NCBI GenBank assembly: GCA_964612565.1
Contig: CAZTDP010000006.1
Coordinates: 1 to 60,307, forward strand
DNA length: 60,307 nt
DNA from: an uncultured Candidatus Saccharibacteria bacterium
GTDB lineage: Bacteria; Patescibacteriota; WWE3; UBA101185; UBA10185
Reading direction: 5' to 3'
Shown here: positions 8,817 through 15,947 of the stretch, one piece after another
Layout: the number at the start of each line of letters is the position of its first letter
Numbering within the stretch: position 1 is the first letter of the stretch
Notes under the pieces: generated by a model
Seen by the model: the letters and a program-made list of their open reading frames with translations, nothing else
Told to the model about the DNA's origin: nothing
Databases searched by the model: none
Made by a program: the position numbers and the translations under genes

Positions 8817-9220
8817 AATGCATCACCGTGCGCTACCCGTGGCCGTGGGCAATGTTCGAGTTGCCCGAAGAGCTCGCGAAAGACGTCGAGAACCGTTCGA
8901 GGAACAGTAGCTATCGAGGACCGCTCGCGATCCACGTGAGCCTGTTCCACAAGTGGCACGACATTGAGACGGATTTGACGATTGTGGCTTTGCGTGCGCC
9001 AGGAATCGCGATGCCGACGCGCAAGCGTCTAGAATGCTCGCTCGGGTGCATCGTTGGAATGGTCGATGTCGTTGACTGCGTGCAGGACAGTCCGTCGCGG
9101 TGGGCCAACCCTGGGATGTGGCACCGCGTGCTCCGGAACCGTCGAAAGGTGCGCCCGGTTCCAATCATCGGGCGGCTCGGACTCTTTGATTGTCAGGTCG
9201 AGTTGGAGGTTGTGCCGTGA
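8813..9220 (+). CDS. ASCH-domain protein, copy 1
   Basis: ATGA overlap with the previous gene. MKCITVRYPWPWAMF..E..AKDVENRS....YRGPLAIHVS ... GCIVGMVDVVDC is typical of the ASCH/PUA-like fold. Paralogue of 10411..10818. Confidence 0.65.
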   Translation: MKCITVRYPWPWAMFELPEELAKDVENRSRNSSYRGPLAIHVSLFHKWHDIETDLTIVALRAPGIAMPTRKRLECSLGCIVGMVDVVDCVQDSPSRWANPGMWHRVLRNRRKVRPVPIIGRLGLFDCQVELEVVP

Positions 9221-9864
9221 CGCCAATGTCTTCCATGGGCGACGCGTCGCCAGGCCGGTTGCGTCCCGTGACCGCCAAGGTCGCCGCCCTCTTCGTCCAG
9301 ACGAACGGAGTCTACTTCGGTCTTCCTGGTGTCGATCCATGGGACGAGCAGCGCAACGCCAAGCGCTACCGCGGCCGAAGTCCGGTAGTCGCTCACCCGC
9401 CGTGCAACCGTTGGTGCAGGCACGCCTACCTAGTCCAGGCCGTCCACTGGTATCGCGTTGGCGAAGATGGTGGGCTGTTCGCGTTTGCCTTACGGGCACT
9501 CCGTCGTTGCGGTGGCGTGCTTGAGCATCCGGCGTGGTCGTTGGCTTGGGCAGCGCACGGGCTGATTGTTCCAGCCAAGCGCGGTTGGTCTCGCTGCATC
9601 GATGGGACCTGGGTATGCGAGGTGGCGCAGGCCGCCTACGGGCATCGGGCGCAGAAACTGACCTGGTTGGCGTACGTCGGGCGCAACCCTCCGCAACCGC
9701 TCGACTGGTCGCGCCCCCAAGCCGACGCCGTCGTGAGCGGGCTCCGTAACAACTGCGGTCGTCCGCTCTCGCAACGGGTCTGGCCAGCGGAAGCGTCACG
9801 CACTCCGGAGCGGTTCCGCGACGCGCTGATCCAGTTGTCGCGGACCTGCGGAGGTGCTCCGTGA
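9217..9864 (+). CDS. compact cytosine-C5-methyltransferase-like protein, paralogue A
   Basis: GTG 9217 (GTGA overlap) or ATG 9226. Motifs VVAHPPCNRW, GGVLEHPAWS, VAQAAYGHRAQKLTWL and EASRTPERFRDALI have the order and spacing of C5-MTase motifs IV, VI, VIII and X. No clear FxGxG motif or target-recognition domain. Paralogue of 56847..57545. Confidence 0.45.
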   Translation: MTPMSSMGDASPGRLRPVTAKVAALFVQTNGVYFGLPGVDPWDEQRNAKRYRGRSPVVAHPPCNRWCRHAYLVQAVHWYRVGEDGGLFAFALRALRRCGGVLEHPAWSLAWAAHGLIVPAKRGWSRCIDGTWVCEVAQAAYGHRAQKLTWLAYVGRNPPQPLDWSRPQADAVVSGLRNNCGRPLSQRVWPAEASRTPERFRDALIQLSRTCGGAP

Positions 9865-10073
9865 AAGACAACTGTTGCAAGGTCGCATGCTTTGCGATTG
9901 ACAGATTCGAACCGGTCTTCGACCGGAAGAACCGTCTAGTCGGTGAGCTGCGCTTTCCTGAAGGTGCCGCGGTGTGCGGTGGGCCGCTCTGCGTCGTCGA
10001 TTGGTGCGTTGAACGCCCGGGCGCGCGACGCGTGATCGAGGATGCTTGCAGGATGCGCGGAGGTTTACCGTGA
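9861..10073 (+). CDS. small Cys-rich protein (70 aa)
   Basis: GTG 9861 forms a GTGA overlap. Eight Cys residues (NCCKVAC ... CGGPLCVVDWC ... C). Confidence 0.5.
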   Translation: MKDNCCKVACFAIDRFEPVFDRKNRLVGELRFPEGAAVCGGPLCVVDWCVERPGARRVIEDACRMRGGLP

Positions 10074-10414
10074 TGATTCCAAACCTGACCAAGATCATTG
10101 GCATGTCCGAGCCGCATCTACGCCGTCCAATACCCGGAGACTGGAATCAAGCATCCTTCAACGGGTGGCGCTTTTGGTTCATTCACAAGGGTGGACTTCG
10201 AGCGATGCTCAGCACGGACACGCTAGACAATGGATCTACGTGGCTTCACCTATCGATAAGCCACGAGAACCGTCTTCCAACATGGGACGAGCTGAAGATG
10301 GCAAAGGACGCTTTCATCGGTCGCAACCATGAGGCGGTGCAAGTCCTTCCGAAGGACGAGGATTTCGTGAACCTGCACAAGTTCTGTCTGCATCTGTGGA
10401 GTCCAGAGCCATGA
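10073..10414 (+). CDS. conserved phage protein, function unknown
   Basis: ATG 10073 shares one nt with the previous TGA (GTG 10070 is also possible). STWLHLSISHENRLPTWDEL...F.G...AVQVLP......VN...CLHLW is a pattern I recall from many prophages. Confidence 0.6.
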   Translation: MIPNLTKIIGMSEPHLRRPIPGDWNQASFNGWRFWFIHKGGLRAMLSTDTLDNGSTWLHLSISHENRLPTWDELKMAKDAFIGRNHEAVQVLPKDEDFVNLHKFCLHLWSPEP

Positions 10415-10818
10415 AGTGCCTCACCGTCCGCTCGCCGTGGCCGTGGGCAATGTTCGAGTTGCCCGAAGAGCTCGCGAAAGACGTCGAGAACCGTTCGCGT
10501 CGTTGCAACTACCGCGGGCCACTCGCGATCCACGTCAGCAGGTTCCACAGGTGGCACGAGATCGGTGCCGATTTGTCGATAGTGTCGCTGCGAGCTCCCG
10601 GAATCGTGATGCCATCGCGGCAGATGCTCGAGGCGTCGCTCGGGTGCATCGTCGGCATTGTCGACGTCGTGGACTGCGTGCAGGACAGCCTGTCGCGATG
10701 GGCGATCCCTGGAAAGTGGCATCTCGTGCTCCGGAACCGTCGCAAGGTGCGGCCGGTGCCGATTCTCGGTCGAGAGTCGATGTTTGAGTGTCCTGTGGAG
10801 TTGGAGGTTACTGCGTGA
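10411..10818 (+). CDS. ASCH-domain protein, copy 2
   Basis: ATGA overlap with the previous gene. Colinear with 8813..9220, and shares a 63-nt perfectly identical block (10435-10497 = 8837-8899). Confidence 0.65.
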   Translation: MKCLTVRSPWPWAMFELPEELAKDVENRSRRCNYRGPLAIHVSRFHRWHEIGADLSIVSLRAPGIVMPSRQMLEASLGCIVGIVDVVDCVQDSLSRWAIPGKWHLVLRNRRKVRPVPILGRESMFECPVELEVTA

Positions 10819-11018
10819 CCGACTGGCAACGTGTCGCCTATGGAATGGCAGATGTCGCTCGAGAGCGCGAGATCGCGGAGGCGACACTCCGGAACCGGCG
10901 CGCTGCTCTTGGGTGCCGCGTCGAATGCGCGGAATGCAAGGTCTACATGTGCCCGAGCCACGCCCTCTATCTATTCGCTACCGCGATCAACGAGCCGCCG
11001 AAGGAGCCGGTGAAGTGA
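10815..11018 (+). CDS. hypothetical small protein (67 aa)
   Basis: GTG 10815 forms a GTGA overlap. Contains CRVECAECKVYMC. Confidence 0.45.
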   Translation: MTDWQRVAYGMADVAREREIAEATLRNRRAALGCRVECAECKVYMCPSHALYLFATAINEPPKEPVK

Positions 11019-11168
11019 TCGTCGAGCAACCAAGAGCACCGCGCCACAAGCGACCTGACCATTGAGCTCGTTACGCCAGGAGGAGAGAAACGAGTGGTTT
11101 CGGCGGAGGGGAGTGGCTGTAAATCCGCCACTTTCCGAAAATCGACCATCCACCTCAAAATAGTCCTG

Positions 11169-11244
11169 GCGTACCGGTACGCGATAGTCCATGCTGTCTC
11201 TTGTCAGCCGGCGATGACGCCTGGCAGACAGAGGAGAGATTCCG
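11169..11244 (+). promoter_or_regulatory. conserved leader, copy 1: 14-bp palindrome, hairpin and RBS
   Basis: Perfect palindrome GCGTACCGGTACGC (11169-11182) is followed by GATAGT. An imperfect hairpin at 11194-11231 (CTGTCT...AGACAG with inner GGCG-ATGA-CGCC) abuts the RBS GAGGAGAGA. Identical base for base to 12609-12684. Confidence 0.6.
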
Positions 11245-11547
11245 ATGACCAAATCAATCAACGTATCCAGCCGCATCGCCTCAACCCGAGTCTCGGACCG
11301 CATCGTTGTCGACAGCTACACCGGCGAATGGCAAGCGGCGCTGTGCCCGCGCAGACTTCCGTCGGTCGGTGACGTGGTTGCGCTGGCCGAAGACGCTGAC
11401 GCGAGAGAGTTTCACGACTTCTCGTCAGCGCTCTCAGAGGCCGGACTGGTTGTTCGCATGGGCTCATCACTCGACCGCGACAAGCGCAACCTCGGCGTCG
11501 TGACTGAGCGGCCCAAGAGCTACGACGGAGAGCTGATCATCTGGTAG
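11245..11547 (+). CDS. hypothetical 100-aa protein, paralogue 1
   Basis: ORF track. About 88 percent aa identity to 12685..12987. The first 61 nt of the coding sequence are identical between copies. Confidence 0.7.
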   Translation: MTKSINVSSRIASTRVSDRIVVDSYTGEWQAALCPRRLPSVGDVVALAEDADAREFHDFSSALSEAGLVVRMGSSLDRDKRNLGVVTERPKSYDGELIIW

Positions 11548-11555
11548 TCGATCAG

Positions 11556-11597
11556 CCCAAGCCTCGCCCCGGTAGGCTTCGAGCCCCGGGGCTTGGG
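11556..11597 (+). terminator. GC-rich hairpin after paralogue 1 (possible terminator, no U-tract)
   Basis: CCCAAGCC (11556-11563) pairs with GGCTTGGG (11590-11597). There is inner CCCCGG/CCGGGG pairing as well. Confidence 0.35.
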
Positions 11598-11642
11598 GCG
11601 TTGAGAGCCGCCGAGGTGGCTGGCTCAAGAAGGAGAGATTCC

Positions 11643-11912
11643 GTGGAAATTTCAAAAGAGCTCGAGGCTGGCATCGCTCGTTTTGCGTCCGCAATTGCGC
11701 CGATAGTTGGCGAGACGGTTGCGGTCACTATGCGCGACGGATCTGTACGTGTCGGCAAGCTGTCACACGACACGCCGTGCCAACCGATCGTCACTACCGA
11801 CGAGGGCAAACGATACGCTGTCCCTACCAGCGAGATAGCCAAGCTGTTCGCCGAGCACCCAACTGAGTCCGGCGCTGAGTGGCTGGCTCTGTACGAGCAG
11901 GGGCAACGGTGA
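11643..11912 (+). CDS. small protein with Sm/LSm-like motif
   Basis: GTG 11643 is preceded by AAGGAGAGATTCC, the same initiation context as the 100-aa paralogues. GETVAVTMRDGSVRVGKLSHD....IVTTDEGKRYAVPTSEIAKL resembles Sm1/Sm2 spacing. Confidence 0.4.
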   Translation: MEISKELEAGIARFASAIAPIVGETVAVTMRDGSVRVGKLSHDTPCQPIVTTDEGKRYAVPTSEIAKLFAEHPTESGAEWLALYEQGQR

Positions 11913-12409
11913 CACTAGCCACTCTATCCCCCCGCGAACTCGAGGCCCGGATCGCGGGGGATCCAGTTGCATCACGTCGTCTGCTCCGGTACCTGGACGA
12001 CCTGGGATTTTGCATCCGCCGCCCGACGACGTTGGCGTTTGCCGCGCTCTGCTGGGGCGAGCCAGGCTGGTCAGAGTCCGAGGCCAAAACCGCGTCGAAA
12101 CGGTGGCGAGACGCCCGCGCGACGGGTGAGCTCTCGACGGCGGCGAGACGGCTGATTGTCGCGGTGTGCTGGCCGCTGGTACCCACTGAGGTAGAGTACC
12201 GCAAAACCACGCACAACGGGCCACTGCGCCGCGCCCTGCTCGAGGTCGACGAGGGATGGAGACTAAGCAACGTGGCACGCGTCGCCGACCACGCTGGGAG
12301 CCTGCGCCACTACTCCGACGGGTGGGAGTTCGGCGACAAAACCTACGACCGCCGCGAGGACGCGGAGCGAAACCTGACTGCCAATGGCTGGGAGAAATGG
12401 GAACCGTGA
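11909..12409 (+). CDS. hypothetical protein (166 aa)
   Basis: GTG 11909 forms a GTGA overlap; in frame within track ORF 11879..12409. Confidence 0.5.
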   Translation: MTLATLSPRELEARIAGDPVASRRLLRYLDDLGFCIRRPTTLAFAALCWGEPGWSESEAKTASKRWRDARATGELSTAARRLIVAVCWPLVPTEVEYRKTTHNGPLRRALLEVDEGWRLSNVARVADHAGSLRHYSDGWEFGDKTYDRREDAERNLTANGWEKWEP

Positions 12410-12603
12410 GAAACAGGACCAGAGCAGAGCGCGCAGCCGCCGGGATAGTCGACCTGTCCGTTTCGATTCGCTCCGAGCTGCGAGACGCGATTGACACCGA
12501 GGCGGCCGCGCAAGGGCTGTCGAGGGCGGGGCTGATTGCCAAGTGGGCGCAAAGTATCGATAAAAAGCGCGTCAGGAAAAATCGACAGGGCGACGCTAAA
12601 TAG
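12406..12603 (+). CDS. ribbon-helix-helix (CopG/Arc-like) DNA-binding protein
   Basis: GTG 12406 forms a GTGA overlap. VDLSVSIRSELRDAIDTEAAAQGLSRAGLIAKW fits the beta-strand, helix, helix pattern of RHH repressors. The stop lies 5 nt before palindrome copy 2. Confidence 0.5.
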   Translation: MRNRTRAERAAAGIVDLSVSIRSELRDAIDTEAAAQGLSRAGLIAKWAQSIDKKRVRKNRQGDAK

Positions 12604-12608
12604 GCGTT

Positions 12609-12684
12609 GCGTACCGGTACGCGATAGTCCATGCTGTCTCTTGTCAGCCGGCGATGACGCCTGGCAGACAGAGGAGAGATTCCG
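12609..12684 (+). promoter_or_regulatory. conserved leader, copy 2: palindrome, hairpin and RBS
   Basis: Identical to 11169-11244, at an offset of exactly 1440 nt. Confidence 0.6.
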
Positions 12685-12987
12685 ATGACCAAATCAATCA
12701 ACGTATCCAGCCGCATCGCCTCAACCCGAGTCTCGGACCGCATCGCGGTCGATAGCTACACTGGTGAATGGCAAGAGGCGATGTGCCCGCGCAAGCTCCC
12801 AGCTGTTGGCGATGTGGTTGCGCTAGCTGAGGATGCCGACGCGAGAGAGTTCCACGATTTCTCGAGCGCTCTCTCGGAGGCTGGGCTTGTCGTCCGTATG
12901 GGATCGTCACTCGACCGCGAAAAGCGCAGCCTCGGCGTCGTGACGGAGCGACCCAAGAGTGACGACGGAGAGCTGATCATCTGGTAG
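12685..12987 (+). CDS. hypothetical 100-aa protein, paralogue 2
   Basis: ORF track. Last gene of the + arm, convergent with the lysis block. Confidence 0.7.
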   Translation: MTKSINVSSRIASTRVSDRIAVDSYTGEWQEAMCPRKLPAVGDVVALAEDADAREFHDFSSALSEAGLVVRMGSSLDREKRSLGVVTERPKSDDGELIIW

Positions 12988-13052
12988 CCACCACAAGACA
13001 AGTCCCGCCCCGGTAGGTCGACTACTTGGGGCTAGCCAACAAAACGGCAAAA

Positions 13053-13076
13053 CGCCCCAGGCCGTGACCTGGGGCG
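13053..13076 (-). terminator. intrinsic terminator of the leftward late/lysis operon
   Basis: Perfect 9-bp stem CGCCCCAGG / CCTGGGGCG with a 6-nt loop. On the - strand it is followed by TTTTGCCGTTTTG. Lies between the convergent genes 12987 and 13103. Confidence 0.7.
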
Positions 13077-13102
13077 AACTGTCCGGGAATTCCGGATGGT
13101 TG

Positions 13103-13543
13103 CTACTTCGCTGCAGCCTTCGCCGGTCGCCATACCTCGGCCGCGACGTAGGCGCCGGCCGCGACGAAGATGGCAATCAGCAGCACCGCGGTGGGACCTC
13201 GCCACGAAACTGGGCCAGCCTTGAGCGACGGCCAATTGCGCGGCGTGGTTTGCTCGATGTCGCGTCCGGAGCGTGTTGCGGAGGCCACCTGCAGCCCGGA
13301 CTTGATCTCGTGTCTCAGGCTGTCCTTGAGCTCGGAGAGCAGTGCCGGGATTTGCCCGACTCCACCCTCGAGTCGAGCGAGCGCCATCCGTGTCTCAGCG
13401 GAGTCGACCTGCAGCGCCGTCACGTCGTCCCTCGCCTCGTCGAGTAGGAGAGCCAGGCGCGAGATAGCCGGACACGAATGGCACTCTTTGCGGGTGCCTG
13501 GAAGCGTCTTGGAGAGCGTGTCACGCATGCGGTCATTGCCCAT
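13103..13543 (-). CDS. coiled-coil protein with C-terminal transmembrane anchor (lysis-associated?)
   Basis: ATG 13543 (MGNDRMRDTL...) within track ORF 13103..13609. The C-terminus AVLLIAIFVAAGAYVAAEVW is hydrophobic. Last gene of the lysis block. Confidence 0.5.
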   Translation of the reverse strand: MGNDRMRDTLSKTLPGTRKECHSCPAISRLALLLDEARDDVTALQVDSAETRMALARLEGGVGQIPALLSELKDSLRHEIKSGLQVASATRSGRDIEQTTPRNWPSLKAGPVSWRGPTAVLLIAIFVAAGAYVAAEVWRPAKAAAK

Positions 13544-13679
13544 CCTCGCCCCCCACGTCGTCAGTCGGCGGAGGTGCCGGGATTGTCTGTTGGTCTTCGT
13601 AGTGCGCAAGGCGCGCGCGGAGGGCGGCGTTTTCCTGCTCGAGGCGGTCGGCTAGCGCTCGGAGGGAGACGGCGTCCAT
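13533..13679 (-). CDS. small ORF (48 aa), below the ORF-track size cutoff
   Basis: ATG 13679-13677 shares one nt with the endolysin TAA. Reads MDAVSLRALADRLEQENAALRARLAHYEDQQTIPAPPPTDDVGGEDGQ. Its stop overlaps the next ATG by 8 nt. Coupling on both sides supports it as a real gene. Confidence 0.4.
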   Translation of the reverse strand: MDAVSLRALADRLEQENAALRARLAHYEDQQTIPAPPPTDDVGGEDGQ

Positions 13680-14383
13680 TAGGCAACGACCTCCGCGAAG
13701 TCGCTACCGGCGGACGTCTCAACGAGTTCCGCTAGGTCGAACTGCATCCCCGGCACCGCGCGGATCAATCGCTCCCACTCGAGATCAACGAAAGGCGTAG
13801 GCTCTTCGCTTCGGATGCGCGCAAGCATCTCCTTGTGGAGGGCTACCACGCCGCGCGCGTATAGCGCCTCGTCGGCTGTGAAATACCCGGCCACCTTGAG
13901 AGCGCGCACGTAGCCGAGCGCGTCTCCGACGAGGAGCTTTGCCCACGCTGCCTTGTAGCGCCCCCCGGCGACGAAATCGACGTAGGAGTCGGCTCCATCG
14001 TACTCGTTCGCGTAGGCCCGCATGCGCGTCTGCGGATGACCGTCTGGCACTGGCAATGGAGCACCAACCAGCTTCCCGCCATTCGAAGGCGCCGCGCTCA
14101 GCTGCCCTTCGGGAGCGAACCACACGATCTTCCCGTTGAGCACTTCGTTGAGCGTGATGCAGGTGAACATTCCGGAGTACTCGGATCCCGCTTTGATGTT
14201 GCCCCAGTTCGCCTGCCAGATTTGCGTCCAGCGACCGGTCTCGAGGGCTGTCTTCGCCAGCGCAAGCGCGACAACTTCGTCGGTGAGATGGTCAACGCGC
14301 GACTTGAGCGCCCACTTCATCGCGTGCAGCGCTTGGGCGAAGGTCAGCGGTGTGCGTTTTGGTTCTACGTAGACGGCTCGCAT
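13679..14383 (-). CDS. endolysin, GH73-like N-acetylglucosaminidase
   Basis: LAKTALETGRW...NWGNIKA ... MRAYANEYDGADSYVDFV..GRY..AW...L.......YV.AL..AGYFTADEALY matches the glucosaminidase (FlgJ/GH73) block order. Confidence 0.7.
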   Translation of the reverse strand: MRAVYVEPKRTPLTFAQALHAMKWALKSRVDHLTDEVVALALAKTALETGRWTQIWQANWGNIKAGSEYSGMFTCITLNEVLNGKIVWFAPEGQLSAAPSNGGKLVGAPLPVPDGHPQTRMRAYANEYDGADSYVDFVAGGRYKAAWAKLLVGDALGYVRALKVAGYFTADEALYARGVVALHKEMLARIRSEEPTPFVDLEWERLIRAVPGMQFDLAELVETSAGSDFAEVVA

Positions 14384-14386
14384 GGC

Positions 14387-14821
14387 TCATCCTCCTTCGG
14401 TAGCCGGGCGCATGAAGAACGGGCGAACGTAGAAGTGTCCCGGGTCGTCAAGCTTGAGGCGACCCTCGTTACTCAACTCGACGAATCTCTTCATCTGCTC
14501 GACGCTCAAGTGGTAGAAGTAGAATTTGGCGTGAGTATCGACCTCGGTCGTCCAATGCACGCAGTCTTTCGGACCGGTGCATTGGGCGTCACGAGGACAG
14601 CGGCGAACGCTCCGGAGAAACGGTGCGCCGCCGTCGTTGTCCACGTAGACCTTGTAGCCCTTGTCTGTTGGTCCAAGCTTGACGTCCCCGGCTTCGAGCC
14701 GAGCCATGAAGTCATCGGGGTGCAAGCTCCCGCAGTACTCGCACGTATGGTCGGACTCACGGAAGCCGAATTTGGCGGCTTCCGTGGGCCCACGGTCGGC
14801 GACGGCTTGCCGGCAAGTCAC
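14387..14821 (-). CDS. hypothetical protein (144 aa) with Cys/His motif
   Basis: GTG 14821 forms a GTGA overlap with the upstream stop; in frame within track ORF 14387..14950. Contains HTCEYCGSLHPDDF. No TM segment. Confidence 0.45.
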   Translation of the reverse strand: MTCRQAVADRGPTEAAKFGFRESDHTCEYCGSLHPDDFMARLEAGDVKLGPTDKGYKVYVDNDGGAPFLRSVRRCPRDAQCTGPKDCVHWTTEVDTHAKFYFYHLSVEQMKRFVELSNEGRLKLDDPGHFYVRPFFMRPATEGG

Positions 14822-15141
14822 TTCCCGCACTCCGTTGCTCGATCGACATCCGCGCACGACGTCTGCTGCGCTGCAAGGGCGGGGCAGAGCCCCGGTGAGG
14901 CGGTCTCGCAGAGGTCGAGGCAAGCCCCGTCCTCGGCGTCGATCCCCCACTCAGCGGCACACCCTAGGCGCACCACGGTATCACAGAGGGCAGGGCAGTC
15001 CGCGACCGTCCCGCACTGCTCCTCGCCAGTGCAAGCGCCGTCTGAGGGCACGTCGGAGCCCTCCCCGTCGCCGAAGCAGCTGGCGGCGGAGCATAGGTAG
15101 GCGAGGGCGACGAGGGAGAGTAGTTTGCGAGCGGTGGTCAT
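14818..15141 (-). CDS. Cys-rich secreted protein / lipoprotein (107 aa)
   Basis: ATG 15141 forms an ATGA overlap. MTTARKLLSLVALAYLCSAASC is a signal peptide with a lipobox-compatible SAASC. The mature part has 12 Cys. Confidence 0.55.
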   Translation of the reverse strand: MTTARKLLSLVALAYLCSAASCFGDGEGSDVPSDGACTGEEQCGTVADCPALCDTVVRLGCAAEWGIDAEDGACLDLCETASPGLCPALAAQQTSCADVDRATECGK

Positions 15142-15947
15142 TGGACGGCCTCCTGTGGGTCGACGACGACGATGGACGAGGTTTGTGCGAGGTAGTCGGG
15201 CTCGAGCCACACCTGACCCGAAACTCCGTGATTGGGCCCCCAGTGGTTGAGAGCGTGCACGACTCCGTCACCCGAGCAACCAAGGCCGGTGAGCATGTGG
15301 TAGCCGCGAATCTCCGCCCTCGTGTCGAGGCGCACCGGCGCAGCCGAGTGGCACTCGTCGAAGTCGGCGGTGACGGGGATCGAGATCCCGAAGGCCCGCC
15401 CCGAGGCCACGGCGGCCCGTACGGCGTCGATTCGGTCCTGGAGGGTCCCCGCGTAGACCATGAAGCTCCCGCGCCGTCCTACGTGGTCGCGTGAGTCCCA
15501 GCGAGCGCTCAGCGGCGGGCGTTGGTTGATGCGCGCCTCGCTCCAAGGGAACGCGGTCTCGGGCGGGAGCCCATTCGACGCGACAGCCTTGAGCAATAGC
15601 GACGGCCGGCAGCCATCGTCGACGACTCGAGCTGATTCAGCGAACCGTCCCCAGTAGTAGGCAGCGCGTCGAGACGAGAGCGGCGAGTCGACGCCGTAGC
15701 GCGCGGCCATGGTGAGCACCTCGGCCTCGGCCCAGAATTGCGCGACGCAGCTACCCGTGCCGCCCTGGTTTAGCGGCATGTAGTCGGGGAGGTACTGCGC
15801 GAGGTCGGGGTCACCAAAGGCCGACGCTCGCGGAGCGGATGGCAGCCCGAGCCGCTCGAAGTCGTGCATCGGGCGACGCTCGACCTCGGGCTTCACGCCG
15901 CCAATGCGCCGCCCCGCGTAGGAGCGCAGCAGAGTTGTGAGGCTCAC
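15138..15947 (-). CDS. papain-like (C1 family) cysteine peptidase
   Basis: GTG 15947 forms a GTGA overlap. NQGGTGSCVAQFW resembles Q..GSCWAF. RGYHMLTGLG carries the catalytic His context. LNHWGPNHGVSGQVWL resembles the N-SWG..WG..G block. Confidence 0.7.
   Translation of the reverse strand: MSLTTLLRSYAGRRIGGVKPEVERRPMHDFERLGLPSAPRASAFGDPDLAQYLPDYMPLNQGGTGSCVAQFWAEAEVLTMAARYGVDSPLSSRRAAYYWGRFAESARVVDDGCRPSLLLKAVASNGLPPETAFPWSEARINQRPPLSARWDSRDHVGRRGSFMVYAGTLQDRIDAVRAAVASGRAFGISIPVTADFDECHSAAPVRLDTRAEIRGYHMLTGLGCSGDGVVHALNHWGPNHGVSGQVWLEPDYLAQTSSIVVVDPQEAVQ

Noticed and set aside
9029-10117. 362-aa ORF on the - strand opposite the ASCH / C5-like / Cys-rich genes
   Set aside because: It is Arg/Pro/Ala/Ser-rich, which is typical of antisense frames in GC-rich DNA. 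It has no RBS and conflicts with four coupled + strand genes that carry recognisable motifs.
11094-11372. 92-aa ORF starting at GTG 11094 after AGGAGGAGAGA and reading through the leader into paralogue 1 in another frame
   Set aside because: The sequence beyond ~30 aa is Arg/Gln/Pro-rich and overlaps the conserved 100-aa gene. The RBS-like string looks like a degenerate third copy of the leader 3' end. A short regulatory uORF cannot be excluded.
11169-12987. The duplicated 380-nt segment as a diversity-generating retroelement TR/VR pair
   Set aside because: There is no reverse transcriptase anywhere in the window. Differences are spread over all bases and mostly synonymous, not adenine-specific. 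Both copies are complete genes.
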